Below the pieces are notes generated by a model. The model made no database searches, was not told the DNA's origin, and was given only the letters and a program-made list of their open reading frames with translations. This document shows positions 36,406-44,584 of a DNA stretch of 44,584 nucleotides, piece by piece (the first letter of the stretch is position 1; each line of letters begins with the position of its first letter). The stretch is taken from the sequence record SRR20825019_1459. One strand, 5' to 3'. Both the position numbers and the translations under genes were made by a program.

Positions 36406-36510
36406 GGGTCCCTCGCTCCCTTAAACTACGACCTCCTGCGTGCCCTGAGGATACACCCATGCGGGATGTCCGTCGCGTCGCTCCACCGCGAAAAACCGTC
36501 TCCTTAACGC

Positions 36511-36540
36511 AAAAAGACCGGCCTTTTTGGGCCAGTCTTT
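36511..36540 (-). terminator. Intrinsic terminator after gatB
   Basis: Minus strand AAAGACTGGCC-caaaaa-GGCCGGTCTTTTT. Confidence 0.75.
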
Positions 36541-36584
36541 CCGGTTTATATCTCGGGTTTAGTTTGGCCGAGCGGCCAAAGCCG

Positions 36585-38072
36585 TTAGCCGTCGAGCTTT
36601 GGCTTGAGAAGCTTGTTCACCATGCCCGGGTTGGCTTTGCCGCCAGTGGCTTTCATCACCTGCCCCACAAAGAAGCCGATCAGCTTGTCTTTGCCTGCAC
36701 GGTACTGCTCAAGCTGGCCCGGGTTCGCGGCGATCACTTCGTCAATGATCTTCTCGATCTCGCCAGTGTCGGAAACCTGCTTGAGGCCTTTTTCCTCAAC
36801 GATCACGCCTGCGTCCTTGCCGGTCTCGAACATGATCTCGAACACGTCCTTGGCGATACGGCCAGAGATGGTGCCGTCTTCAATAAGCGCAAGCAATTCA
36901 GCGCCCTGGGTCGCACTCACCGGGCTTTCATTAACCGTTTTGCCCGCTTTATTGAGCGCGCCGAACAGGTCACCGGTTACCCAGTTGGATGCTTTTGCGC
37001 CAAGGCCTTTTGCGTCCTTGCCTGTGCTTTTGGCCAGTGCCGCGATCAGGTTTTCAAAATAGTCGCATGACTCTTTTTCTGCCACCAGAACGCTTGCGTT
37101 ATAATCGGGCAAACCAAGCTCGTTCACAAAACGGGCTTTTTTCTCGTCCGGCAGCTCAGGCAGGCTGTCGCGCGCGCTATCCACAAAGGCATCGTCAAAC
37201 TCTACCGGCAACAGGTCAGGGTCAGGGAAATAGCGGTAATCATGCGCTTCTTCCTTGGAACGCATGGACCGTGTCTCACCCTTGCCCGGGTCAAACAGGC
37301 GGGTTTCCTGATCGATCTTGCCGCCAGCCTCGATGATATCCACCTGGCGCTGTGCTTCATACTCAATAGCCTGACGCACAAAACGAACCGAGTTCACGTT
37401 CTTGATCTCACAACGCGTGCCAAGCGGCTCACCAGCGCGGCGAACGGAAACGTTCACGTCTGCGCGCATGCTGCCCTGTTCCATATTGCCGTCACAGCTG
37501 CCGATATAACGCAAAATGGTGCGAAGCTTGGTGACATAAGCACCGGCTTCCTCAGGGCTTGTCATATCCGGCTTGGAGACGATCTCCATCAAGGCAACGC
37601 CTGAACGGTTCAGGTCCACATAGGTATATTGCGGGTGCTGGTCATGCATCGACTTGCCCGCATCCTGCTCAAGGTGAATACGTTCAATGCCGACATCCTT
37701 GGTGCGGCCTTCTCCCAGATCAAGCGTGATGGTGCCCTCACCCACAATCGGGTGTTTGAACTGGCTGATCTGGTAGCCTTGCGGCAGGTCAGCATAAAAA
37801 TAGTTCTTGCGGTCAAACACCGAGAATTTATGGATCTCTGCGCCCAGTGCCAAGCCGGTGCGTACCGCCTGGCGGATACATTCAGCGTTAATGGTCGGCA
37901 GCATGCCGGGCATGGCCGCATCCACAAGGCTCACCTGCGAGTTGGGTTCCGCGCCAAACTCGGTTGCGGCACCAGAGAACAATTTTGCGTTTGAGGTCAC
38001 TTGCGCGTGCACCTCAAGGCCGATCACGACCTCAAAATCACCTGTGGCGCCCTGAATAAGAAATTTGCTCAT
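36585..38072 (-). CDS. gatB: Asp/Glu-tRNA amidotransferase subunit B
   Basis: [54 protein letters not shown]; start placed at ATG 38072. Confidence 0.97.
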   Translation of the reverse strand: MSKFLIQGATGDFEVVIGLEVHAQVTSNAKLFSGAATEFGAEPNSQVSLVDAAMPGMLPTINAECIRQAVRTGLALGAEIHKFSVFDRKNYFYADLPQGYQISQFKHPIVGEGTITLDLGEGRTKDVGIERIHLEQDAGKSMHDQHPQYTYVDLNRSGVALMEIVSKPDMTSPEEAGAYVTKLRTILRYIGSCDGNMEQGSMRADVNVSVRRAGEPLGTRCEIKNVNSVRFVRQAIEYEAQRQVDIIEAGGKIDQETRLFDPGKGETRSMRSKEEAHDYRYFPDPDLLPVEFDDAFVDSARDSLPELPDEKKARFVNELGLPDYNASVLVAEKESCDYFENLIAALAKSTGKDAKGLGAKASNWVTGDLFGALNKAGKTVNESPVSATQGAELLALIEDGTISGRIAKDVFEIMFETGKDAGVIVEEKGLKQVSDTGEIEKIIDEVIAANPGQLEQYRAGKDKLIGFFVGQVMKATGGKANPGMVNKLLKPKLDG

Positions 38073-38077
38073 GACGC

Positions 38078-39559
38078 TTACCTCCACCACTCTTCAGGTT
38101 TGGCCGTGAAGCCCGCAGCTTCCTCGATCACACCTGATACTTTGAACACAGTTTCTTCGTCCCACGCTTTACCAAGCACCTGAAGGCCAAGCGGCAAGCC
38201 GCTGGCATCAAGCCCCGCAGGCACGCTTGAGCCCGGGATACCGGCAAGCGACGCTGGCACCGTGAACACATCATTGAGATACATGGCGATCGGGTCAGCC
38301 GATTTTTCACCAAACGCAAACGCCGCACTTGGCGCTGTTGGCGTCAGGATCGCATCCACTTTTGAGAAAGCTTCCTTGAAATCGTTGGCGATAAGCTGGC
38401 GAACCTTCTGGGCTTTCAGGTAATAGGCATCATAATAGCCTGCCGAAAGCACATAAGTGCCGATCATGATACGGCGTTTCACTTCGTCGCCAAAACCGGC
38501 GGCGCGGGTTGCTTCATACATATCCGCAAGGCCACCGCCTTCAACCAGCTCGCGCAAGCCGTAGCGCACACCGTCATAACGGGCAAGGTTGGAGGAGGCT
38601 TCGGCTGGTGCCACGATATAATAGGTTGGCAGCGCATATTTGGTGTGCGGCAGCGAGATGTTCACGATCTCGGCGCCCGCAGCTTTCATCCATTCAATGC
38701 CCTGGTTCCACAGCGCTTCAATTTCCGCGGGCATACCGTCAAGATGGTATTCTTTTGGAATACCGATCTTCATGCCGCGAACGTCGCCCGTAAGCGCCGC
38801 TTCAAAGTTAGGCACTGCCACATCAACGCTGGTGCTGTCCTTCGCGTCAAACCCTGACATGCTCTCAAGCATGATAGCCCCGTCCCGCACGTTGCGGGTG
38901 ATCGGGCCAGCCTGATCAAGGCTACTTGCGAAGGCCACCATGCCAAAACGGCTGCAACGGCCATATGTTGGCTTGATACCAAATGTGCCGGTGAAGGCCG
39001 CTGGCTGGCGGATAGAACCACCAGTGTCTGATGCGGTCGCGCCCATTGCCGCGTAACCTGCAACAGAGGCCACAGACCCACCGGACGAACCACCGGGCAC
39101 AAAATCATTATTGGAACCTTTGGCGCGCCACGGGTTTTTCACCGGGCCGTAATAGCTTGTCTCATTCGAGGAGCCCATGGCAAACTCATCCATATTGAGC
39201 TTACCCAGCATAACGGCACCATCATCCCACAGGTTCTGGCTCACCGAGCTTTCATACTCGGGCTTGAAACCATCCAGAATGTGCGAACAGGCCTGCGTGT
39301 GCACACCCTTGGTGGCGAACAGGTCCTTGATGCCCACGGGGATACCGGTCATGCCTTTGGCGTTACCGGCTTTGATCATGCCGTCTGCGCGGTCTGCCAT
39401 CTCAAGCGCCAGTTCCGGCGTTTTCGCGACATATGCGTTCAGCGCGTCAGCACTGTCTACGGCCTTGATGTGGGCTTCCGTCAACTCGCGGGACGACAAG
39501 TCGCCCTTCCCCAAGAGGTCGCGCGCATCAGCAATCGAAAGTTTGGTTAAATCACTCAT
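38078..39559 (-). CDS. gatA: Asp/Glu-tRNA amidotransferase subunit A
   Basis: [55 protein letters not shown]. Confidence 0.97.
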   Translation of the reverse strand: MSDLTKLSIADARDLLGKGDLSSRELTEAHIKAVDSADALNAYVAKTPELALEMADRADGMIKAGNAKGMTGIPVGIKDLFATKGVHTQACSHILDGFKPEYESSVSQNLWDDGAVMLGKLNMDEFAMGSSNETSYYGPVKNPWRAKGSNNDFVPGGSSGGSVASVAGYAAMGATASDTGGSIRQPAAFTGTFGIKPTYGRCSRFGMVAFASSLDQAGPITRNVRDGAIMLESMSGFDAKDSTSVDVAVPNFEAALTGDVRGMKIGIPKEYHLDGMPAEIEALWNQGIEWMKAAGAEIVNISLPHTKYALPTYYIVAPAEASSNLARYDGVRYGLRELVEGGGLADMYEATRAAGFGDEVKRRIMIGTYVLSAGYYDAYYLKAQKVRQLIANDFKEAFSKVDAILTPTAPSAAFAFGEKSADPIAMYLNDVFTVPASLAGIPGSSVPAGLDASGLPLGLQVLGKAWDEETVFKVSGVIEEAAGFTAKPEEWWR

Positions 39560-39570
39560 ACCACCAGCCC

Positions 39571-39861
39571 CTATTCAATCACTTTAGGCACGGCAAAAAA
39601 GCCGTACTCGCCACGGGGTGCGTTCTTGAGCACCTTTTCCTGGCAATCACCGTCGGTGATCTCATCCGCGCGCCAGCGAAGCTTGGCATCCACCACGCTC
39701 GACATCGGCTCGATGTTATCGGTGTTAACCTCGTCAAGCTGCTCGACCCAGCCGAGAATATTGTTGAGCTCACCCGCGAGTGGCTCCAGCTTTTCATCTT
39801 CAATTTTAATACGCGCGAGCCGGGCAATCTTGGCCACTGTCGCCTTGTCTATGTTCGACAT
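39571..39861 (-). CDS. gatC: Asp/Glu-tRNA amidotransferase subunit C
   Basis: IARLARI, IL.WVEQL.EV.T..EPM, L.NAP....FFAVPKVIE. Confidence 0.96.
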   Translation of the reverse strand: MSNIDKATVAKIARLARIKIEDEKLEPLAGELNNILGWVEQLDEVNTDNIEPMSSVVDAKLRWRADEITDGDCQEKVLKNAPRGEYGFFAVPKVIE

Positions 39862-39991
39862 GAAAATTCCCTATGAACTGTCAGGAAAAACCCTAGAAAT
39901 CAGCGCGGAACTTAACGCCTGATTGCGCGCCGGGCAAGCGTGAATGCATGTGTTTCGCAGATAATAGCGGATAATTCAGTGCTATTCGTGA

Positions 39992-40525
39992 TCAGCCCAA
40001 TCGGTCAAGCCGTCCGTAGGCGAAAAAGTGGGTGATCTGCTCACCGTCCGATGTCACCGGTAAATAAAGAATATTGAGCCGCACGTGGGGTGGCGGGCCA
40101 AGGCGTTCTTCGCTAATACCAATAACCCCGGCGCGGCGGGCATTTGATGCGTCAAGCGAAGCCACGAGACGGTTCGCAACCTCCGGCTTGTGAACGTCAC
40201 GCACAAGCTTGCCTGTTACGTTCGAGTATGCAGCAGCGGCGGCGGAGCCATGCAATGTGACCCGCGCGTTCACGATATGGCCGCGCTCGTCCCAGATAGG
40301 CTCCAGGAGCGCTATCCAAGGCAGATAGTCCTTGAATGCCGCAGGCGATATGTCTGATTTCAAATTGAGTTGCCCCGCCCTGCGGCGCGCTTTGAAATAC
40401 GAAAGGATTTCGCGGAAATCATCGCCAAGGCCAAGCTCTTCACTGGCATCAAACAGGCGATATTCGCCCAGGCCATAGCCTTCCTTCTCACCGATCAGAT
40501 CAATTTCTGAATCAAATGACGAAAT
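39992..40525 (-). CDS. Standalone PAS-domain protein (PAS_5/DUF1457-like), probable ATT start
   Basis: Frame is open from 40525: ...FREILSYFKARRRAGQLNLKSDISPAAFKDYLPWIALLE...ILYLPVTSDGEQI; GGGAGG lies 5 nt before ATT 40525. Confidence 0.7.
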   Translation of the reverse strand: MSSFDSEIDLIGEKEGYGLGEYRLFDASEELGLGDDFREILSYFKARRRAGQLNLKSDISPAAFKDYLPWIALLEPIWDERGHIVNARVTLHGSAAAAAYSNVTGKLVRDVHKPEVANRLVASLDASNARRAGVIGISEERLGPPPHVRLNILYLPVTSDGEQITHFFAYGRLDRLG

Positions 40526-40714
40526 TTTCGCCTCCCAAAGCCGGTTTTATCGGCATATTTTCTATAAAATACCCCTAAATATAAAACTACATCCTGTCAC
40601 TGGTAGCGTCCAGCACTATCAGCATCACAAAATACTGAGACGCAAAGGGATATTTTCTCCTTGCAATAGCCCCGCCGCCATGCACCAAATCGACCAAAGG
40701 AAGCCGCTTAATTC

Positions 40715-41248
40715 ATGACAACCCTGCCTGAAATCCGCAACGCCAGACCGTCTGACGCAAAAGCGATGATTGCGTACCAAAGGCGCCTATTTGCTGACGC
40801 GCAGCACATGGTCACCGCGCCCGGTGAGTTCAGGGCTGGCCCATGGCGGCAACGGTTCTGGATCGCGCGCAAGGCAACATCAAAATATGAACGCTGTCTC
40901 GTTGCCACCGAAGGCAATGCGATCATCGCCATGCTGGATAGCTGGACAGACCGCAGGCAGCGGGTCACACACTCCACCTCCTTTGCCATGTCTGTCGCCA
41001 GCGGTTGGCGCTGCAGGGGATTGGGTAAAAAACTGCTTTCACATTTCATTGCCTGGGTGCAAATACACCCGACGCTTGAACGCATTGAGCTTCATGTTCA
41101 CGCAGACAATGCCCATGCAATTGAGTTATATACTCAGCTTGGGTTCCAGTTTGAGGGAACACGAAGAGGCGCTGTCCGCTATGAAGACGGGCGTGTCGTA
41201 GATGACCATATCATGGCCCTGTGGCCACGCGAGACGAACGTATCCTGA
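40715..41248 (+). CDS. GNAT family N-acetyltransferase
   Basis: IR.A.P.DA, MSV...WR.RGLG..LL, IEL.V..DN..AI.LY..LGF..EG. Confidence 0.9.
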   Translation: MTTLPEIRNARPSDAKAMIAYQRRLFADAQHMVTAPGEFRAGPWRQRFWIARKATSKYERCLVATEGNAIIAMLDSWTDRRQRVTHSTSFAMSVASGWRCRGLGKKLLSHFIAWVQIHPTLERIELHVHADNAHAIELYTQLGFQFEGTRRGAVRYEDGRVVDDHIMALWPRETNVS

Positions 41249-41278
41249 TGGATACCACCGGTAGGGGGAGACAAGAAA

Positions 41279-42433
41279 ATGGCGAAACATAAAACCGCAC
41301 CTGCGGCAAAGTTCCTGCTGGCGATTGCCGCCATCATCGTGCTGATCCTGATCGCGGGCGTGCTGTTCACCAGCAATCAGGGCACCATGTTGCGCTGGGC
41401 ATTTGTGCCAACCCACGAGATTGCCAGTGAAGACCACCGCGAAGCGCCAGATTATGCCGATGAGAGCGCATGGGCTGCACGGCCCGGCCTTGACAGCCAA
41501 GCCACCCTGCTGCCGGAAGGTGTGGTGCAAACCATGATGCTGCCTGCGGTAGACGTCTTTTACATCCACCCCACAACCTACATGAGCAAAGACCGCTGGA
41601 ACGCAGAGCTTGAAGGCGACGAAGCCGCCGTGCGCAGGCGGACGAACTTCACCATGCGCTATCAAGCCAGCGCCTTTAATCTCGCGGGTCAGGTTTATGC
41701 ACCGAAATACCGGCAGGCTGCCTTTGGTGCCTTTTTTGACGACAGCGGCCAGGGCGTACAGGCCATCGTTCGTGCCCATGCTGACGTCCTGAACGCTTTT
41801 GACTATTACCTCGCGAACGACAACGCCGGGCGGCCTTTCATTCTGGCCGGCCACAGCCAGGGCGCGCTTCATGCTCTTCTCCTGCTGGCGGAACGTATCG
41901 CCCCCATGCCTGAGCTGCGTGACCGCATGGTTGCGGCTTATGTCATTGGCTGGCCGGTGAGCCTTGAGGGCGACCTTGGCGCGCTTGACGGCATCGGTGC
42001 TTGTGAAAGCCCCAAGGAAACCGGCTGTGTGATCTCATACCAGAGCTTTTCGAAAGACGGTGACCCAAGCGGCCTTCTGGATATGTTCGCCAAAACACTG
42101 GGCCTGAACGGCAAGGCTCGTGCAGGCACCACCATGCTGTGCACCAACCCGCTCAACTGGCACGTGGGCGGTAAAGCCAGCCGCGAAGCCAACCTTGGCG
42201 CCATTGAGCTGCTGCCTGACCCCGGCCCGATCTCTGCGCCCATAGAGGGCCTCACCGGTGCGCGCTGCGGCCAACGCGGTATTCTGTATCTTACGGAGCC
42301 ACCGCAAGGCAGCTGGCGCGAGTATCTGATGACGGGTGAGAATTATCACGGTTATGACATTAACCTGTTCTACATGAACATTCGCGCCAATGCCGCCGCG
42401 CGTGCCAAAGCATGGCTGGAGGCCAACCGTTGA
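41279..42433 (+). CDS. DUF3089 family alpha/beta hydrolase with N-terminal anchor
   Basis: PDY....WAA.P, DVFYIHPTT, QASAF, AP.YRQA, GRPFILAGHSQG, CTNPL.W, NYH.YD..LFY. Confidence 0.9.
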   Translation: MAKHKTAPAAKFLLAIAAIIVLILIAGVLFTSNQGTMLRWAFVPTHEIASEDHREAPDYADESAWAARPGLDSQATLLPEGVVQTMMLPAVDVFYIHPTTYMSKDRWNAELEGDEAAVRRRTNFTMRYQASAFNLAGQVYAPKYRQAAFGAFFDDSGQGVQAIVRAHADVLNAFDYYLANDNAGRPFILAGHSQGALHALLLLAERIAPMPELRDRMVAAYVIGWPVSLEGDLGALDGIGACESPKETGCVISYQSFSKDGDPSGLLDMFAKTLGLNGKARAGTTMLCTNPLNWHVGGKASREANLGAIELLPDPGPISAPIEGLTGARCGQRGILYLTEPPQGSWREYLMTGENYHGYDINLFYMNIRANAAARAKAWLEANR

Positions 42434-42888
42434 GCAAACAGGTCACCGTTCTTGAGCTCAAGGCCCGGATGAAACCCCGGCAGCGCCTTCTGGGCATGGA
42501 CCCGGGCACCAAAACCATTGGCCTTGCGCTTTCAGACATCACCTTCACTGTCGCAACGCCGCTTGAGATTATCCGGCGCAAACGCTTCAAGGATGATGTT
42601 GCGCGGCTTGAGGTATTGGTGGCGGAGCATAACATCGGCGGCTTCATTATCGGCTGGCCAGTAAATATGGACGGCAGCGAAGGCCCGCGCTGCCAGTCGG
42701 TGCGTGCCTTCTCCGACAATCTCGGCAAGGTGTTTGACCTGCCTCAGGTTCTTTGGGACGAACGCTTGTCCACAAGTGCTGTTGAGCGTACACTTCTCGA
42801 AGCAGACAGCAGCCGCGCGCGTCGTAAGGACGTGATCGACAAGATGGCGGCGGCCTATATTCTTCAAGGAGCATTACATGCGCTTTGA
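42430..42888 (+). CDS. ruvX: Holliday junction resolvase-like / pre-16S rRNA nuclease RuvX (YqgF)
   Basis: LG.DPG.K.IG.A.SD, G.P.NMDG.EG, WDERLST, ID.MAA..ILQ; probable TTG start at 42430 overlapping the upstream TGA. Confidence 0.93.
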   Translation: MSKQVTVLELKARMKPRQRLLGMDPGTKTIGLALSDITFTVATPLEIIRRKRFKDDVARLEVLVAEHNIGGFIIGWPVNMDGSEGPRCQSVRAFSDNLGKVFDLPQVLWDERLSTSAVERTLLEADSSRARRKDVIDKMAAAYILQGALHAL

Positions 42889-43381
42889 CCCAGAAATAAG
42901 CGTCGATAACGGCCCGAATATCGACAGCCTCCTGCGCGCCAACTTCCCCACCGAATTTGAAGCCAACCTTGTGCGCAAGCTAAGGACAGCCGAGCGCATG
43001 TGCGCAGAACACGGGCTGTGGGACAAGGGCGCGCTTGTGGGCTACATCGGATACAGCCGGGTGCATATTGAAGGCATGGACAGCAAGCGTGAAATATGGG
43101 GCCTTGGCCCCATGGCTGTTGATACGGAGCACCAGCGGCAAGGCATCGGCGGCAAGTTCCTGCAGGAAAGTCTGGCCGCCATTGAAGCCGATGCGCTTGT
43201 GCTTCTGGGCCACACCAGCTTTTATAACAAGGTAGGGTTTCAGCCCGCCGCAGACTTCGGCCTGACCTACAGCGATAACGACGCCCAAAACGCGCACTTC
43301 ATGGCGCTTGAGTGCTGGAAAGGCGCGCTTGAAGGCCATGCTGGCCGCGTGGTCTATGAACGCGTGTTTTATGACGAGTAA
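42878..43381 (+). CDS. GNAT family N-acetyltransferase (YhbS-like)
   Basis: F....EA.LV..LR, LGPMAV...HQRQGIG, VLLGH..FY.K.GF, FMALE. Confidence 0.88.
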   Translation: MRFDPEISVDNGPNIDSLLRANFPTEFEANLVRKLRTAERMCAEHGLWDKGALVGYIGYSRVHIEGMDSKREIWGLGPMAVDTEHQRQGIGGKFLQESLAAIEADALVLLGHTSFYNKVGFQPAADFGLTYSDNDAQNAHFMALECWKGALEGHAGRVVYERVFYDE

Positions 43382-43386
43382 TACCC

Positions 43387-43731
43387 GTGCCTTCACACGC
43401 TGAAAAAAAGGTCCCCCTGCCCGGCCAACCGGTGAAAGGATCATCGTCAGGCCGCCCGATAATGGCAGCGCTTGATCTTCTGGGCCGACGTTGGAGCCTG
43501 CGCGTCATATGGGAGCTGCGCGACGGCGCCATAGGCTTTCGGGAAATGCAGGCCCGGTGTGGCGGCATGTCCCCCAGCGTGCTTTCAACCCGCCTGAAGG
43601 AACTTGAAACCGCCAAAATCATCGAAAGCGACGATGACCGTCGCTGGCGGCTTACCCCGCTTGGGCTTGACCTCATCAAGGCCTTTGGCCCCTTGCATAC
43701 ATGGGCTGGACGCTGGGCAGAAGAATTCTAG
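43387..43731 (+). CDS. HxlR/DUF24 family winged-helix regulator
   Basis: GRPIMAALDLLGRRW.LR..WEL, S..VL..RL.EL, LT..G..L...L..WA..W. Confidence 0.9.
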   Translation: MPSHAEKKVPLPGQPVKGSSSGRPIMAALDLLGRRWSLRVIWELRDGAIGFREMQARCGGMSPSVLSTRLKELETAKIIESDDDRRWRLTPLGLDLIKAFGPLHTWAGRWAEEF

Positions 43732-43826
43732 CGGCCTGCCCCTTTCCTCTCCCCTCGGCCTTTCAACCATGGCTTTTCAACTAGCCCGGTCACGCGCCTG
43801 TTTTTAAACAAACTGCCCTTCCGGCC

Positions 43827-43880
43827 TTGAAACTCCAACTCCGAATGCTACGTTTTTAGTATCGATACTATTTCAGTATC
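43827..43880 (+). promoter_or_regulatory. Sigma70-like promoter of the CMD gene overlapped by tandem 17-bp operator-like palindromes
   Basis: TTGAAA-16 nt-TACGTT; GCTACG-N5-AGTATC (43847-43863) and perfect GATACT-N5-AGTATC (43864-43880). Confidence 0.65.
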
Positions 43881-43898
43881 ATTCGAAGGAGAAAGCAA

Positions 43899-44489
43899 AT
43901 GCCGTTTACCCCTGCTGTCAGCCCGCTTGAGCCCCCCTATGAACCAGCCATGGAAGCCACGCTCAAAAAATGGATGCCACCCGGCGCACCGTTTGAACCG
44001 CTCGTGCTTTTCCGCACCCTCGCCAAAAACACAAGCCTGATGGACGCCATGCTGCCGCTCGGGGCTTATTTTCTGGGCAAAGCTTCGCCGCTTAGCCTGC
44101 GCGTACGGGAGATGCTTATCCTGCGCACTTGTGCCCAAATGGCATGCGAGTATGAATGGGGCGTGCATGTCACCGCCTTTGCAGACGCTGCAAACCTTTC
44201 AGCGGAAGACGTGAAAGCTGTATCACACGGAAGCGCTGATGATGCGCGCTGGACTAAAGGCGAACGCGCCGCGCTTCTGGCCTGTGATGATATTTTAGGG
44301 CAAGCGAGCATTTCCGAACCGGTGAAATCCTGGCTTCACGCTACCTATAATGAGGGTGAGACCATGGCCATCATGGTGCTTGTTTCCTGGTACAGGCTTA
44401 TCGCTACCGTCGCCAACAGCTGCTGCGCGGAGCCCGAGCCATGGGCCGCGCGCTTTAAAGGCCATAATACCACGGCACAAACAGCGTGA
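43899..44489 (+). CDS. Carboxymuconolactone decarboxylase / AhpD-like family protein
   Basis: P..LFRTLA, L..R.RE..ILRT.....C.YEWGVH, W...E.A.L...D; RBS AAGGAG. Confidence 0.88.
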   Translation: MPFTPAVSPLEPPYEPAMEATLKKWMPPGAPFEPLVLFRTLAKNTSLMDAMLPLGAYFLGKASPLSLRVREMLILRTCAQMACEYEWGVHVTAFADAANLSAEDVKAVSHGSADDARWTKGERAALLACDDILGQASISEPVKSWLHATYNEGETMAIMVLVSWYRLIATVANSCCAEPEPWAARFKGHNTTAQTA

Positions 44490-44584
44490 AGGTCACCCAC
44501 AGCACCACCACCAGCGGCACACCAAAGCGCAGGTAATCGCCAAAAACATACCGGCCCGGCCCCATAACCAGAAGGTTGGTCTGA
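44455..44584 (-). CDS. SLC13/TrkA-C family permease, C-terminal fragment truncated by the window edge (not in the ORF track)
   Basis: Minus-strand translation QTNLLVMGPGRYVFGDYLRFGVPLVVVLWVTFTLFVPWYYGL*; the TN..V.GPG.Y.F.D..R.G.PL motif is typical of this family. Confidence 0.85.
   Translation of the reverse strand, partial: QTNLLVMGPGRYVFGDYLRFGVPLVVVLWVTFTLFVPWYYGL

Noticed and set aside
1..44584. Mobile elements, prophage, tRNA/rRNA, CRISPR
   Set aside because: No integrase, transposase or phage-like ORF, no cloverleaf or rRNA-like segment, and no repeat-spacer array seen

Overview
Chromosomal region of an alphaproteobacterium, inferred from gene order and protein sequences; a marine Kordiimonadales/Sphingomonadales-like organism is only a guess. 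It holds three core blocks: folK-rpoZ-spoT-pyrE-DUF2062-pdxJ-rnc-era-recO-parC, dapA-smpB, and gatCAB with ruvX. Between them lie accessory signalling and envelope genes: three histidine kinases, a PAS-GGDEF cyclase, a cNMP-FHA fusion, two secreted Zn-peptidases, an EF-hand protein, three glycine-zipper envelope proteins, an orphan Tat-exported IorB-like molybdoenzyme subunit and an HxlR/CMD pair. I found no CRISPR array, tRNA/rRNA, transposase or prophage. Best leads: (1) a glycine-zipper locus (29.1-34.1 kb) in which two genes share a PhoP-box-like direct repeat 11-12 nt upstream of a -10-like hexamer, and one gene encodes an unusual low-complexity Arg/Gln- and His/Tyr-rich protein; (2) two NrdR-like boxes bracketing a perfect DnaA box upstream of parC; (3) an unannotated structured minus-strand transcript at 15.0-15.35 kb with an anti-SD hairpin, a 45-aa ORF ending in AA and its own terminator; (4) a PAS gene that seems to need an ATT start; (5) a degenerate cNMP-FHA fusion and a CBS-PleC/DivJ-type kinase; (6) absence of acpS-lepB from the pdxJ-rnc operon. 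All calls come from reading the sequence by eye; no searches were run.
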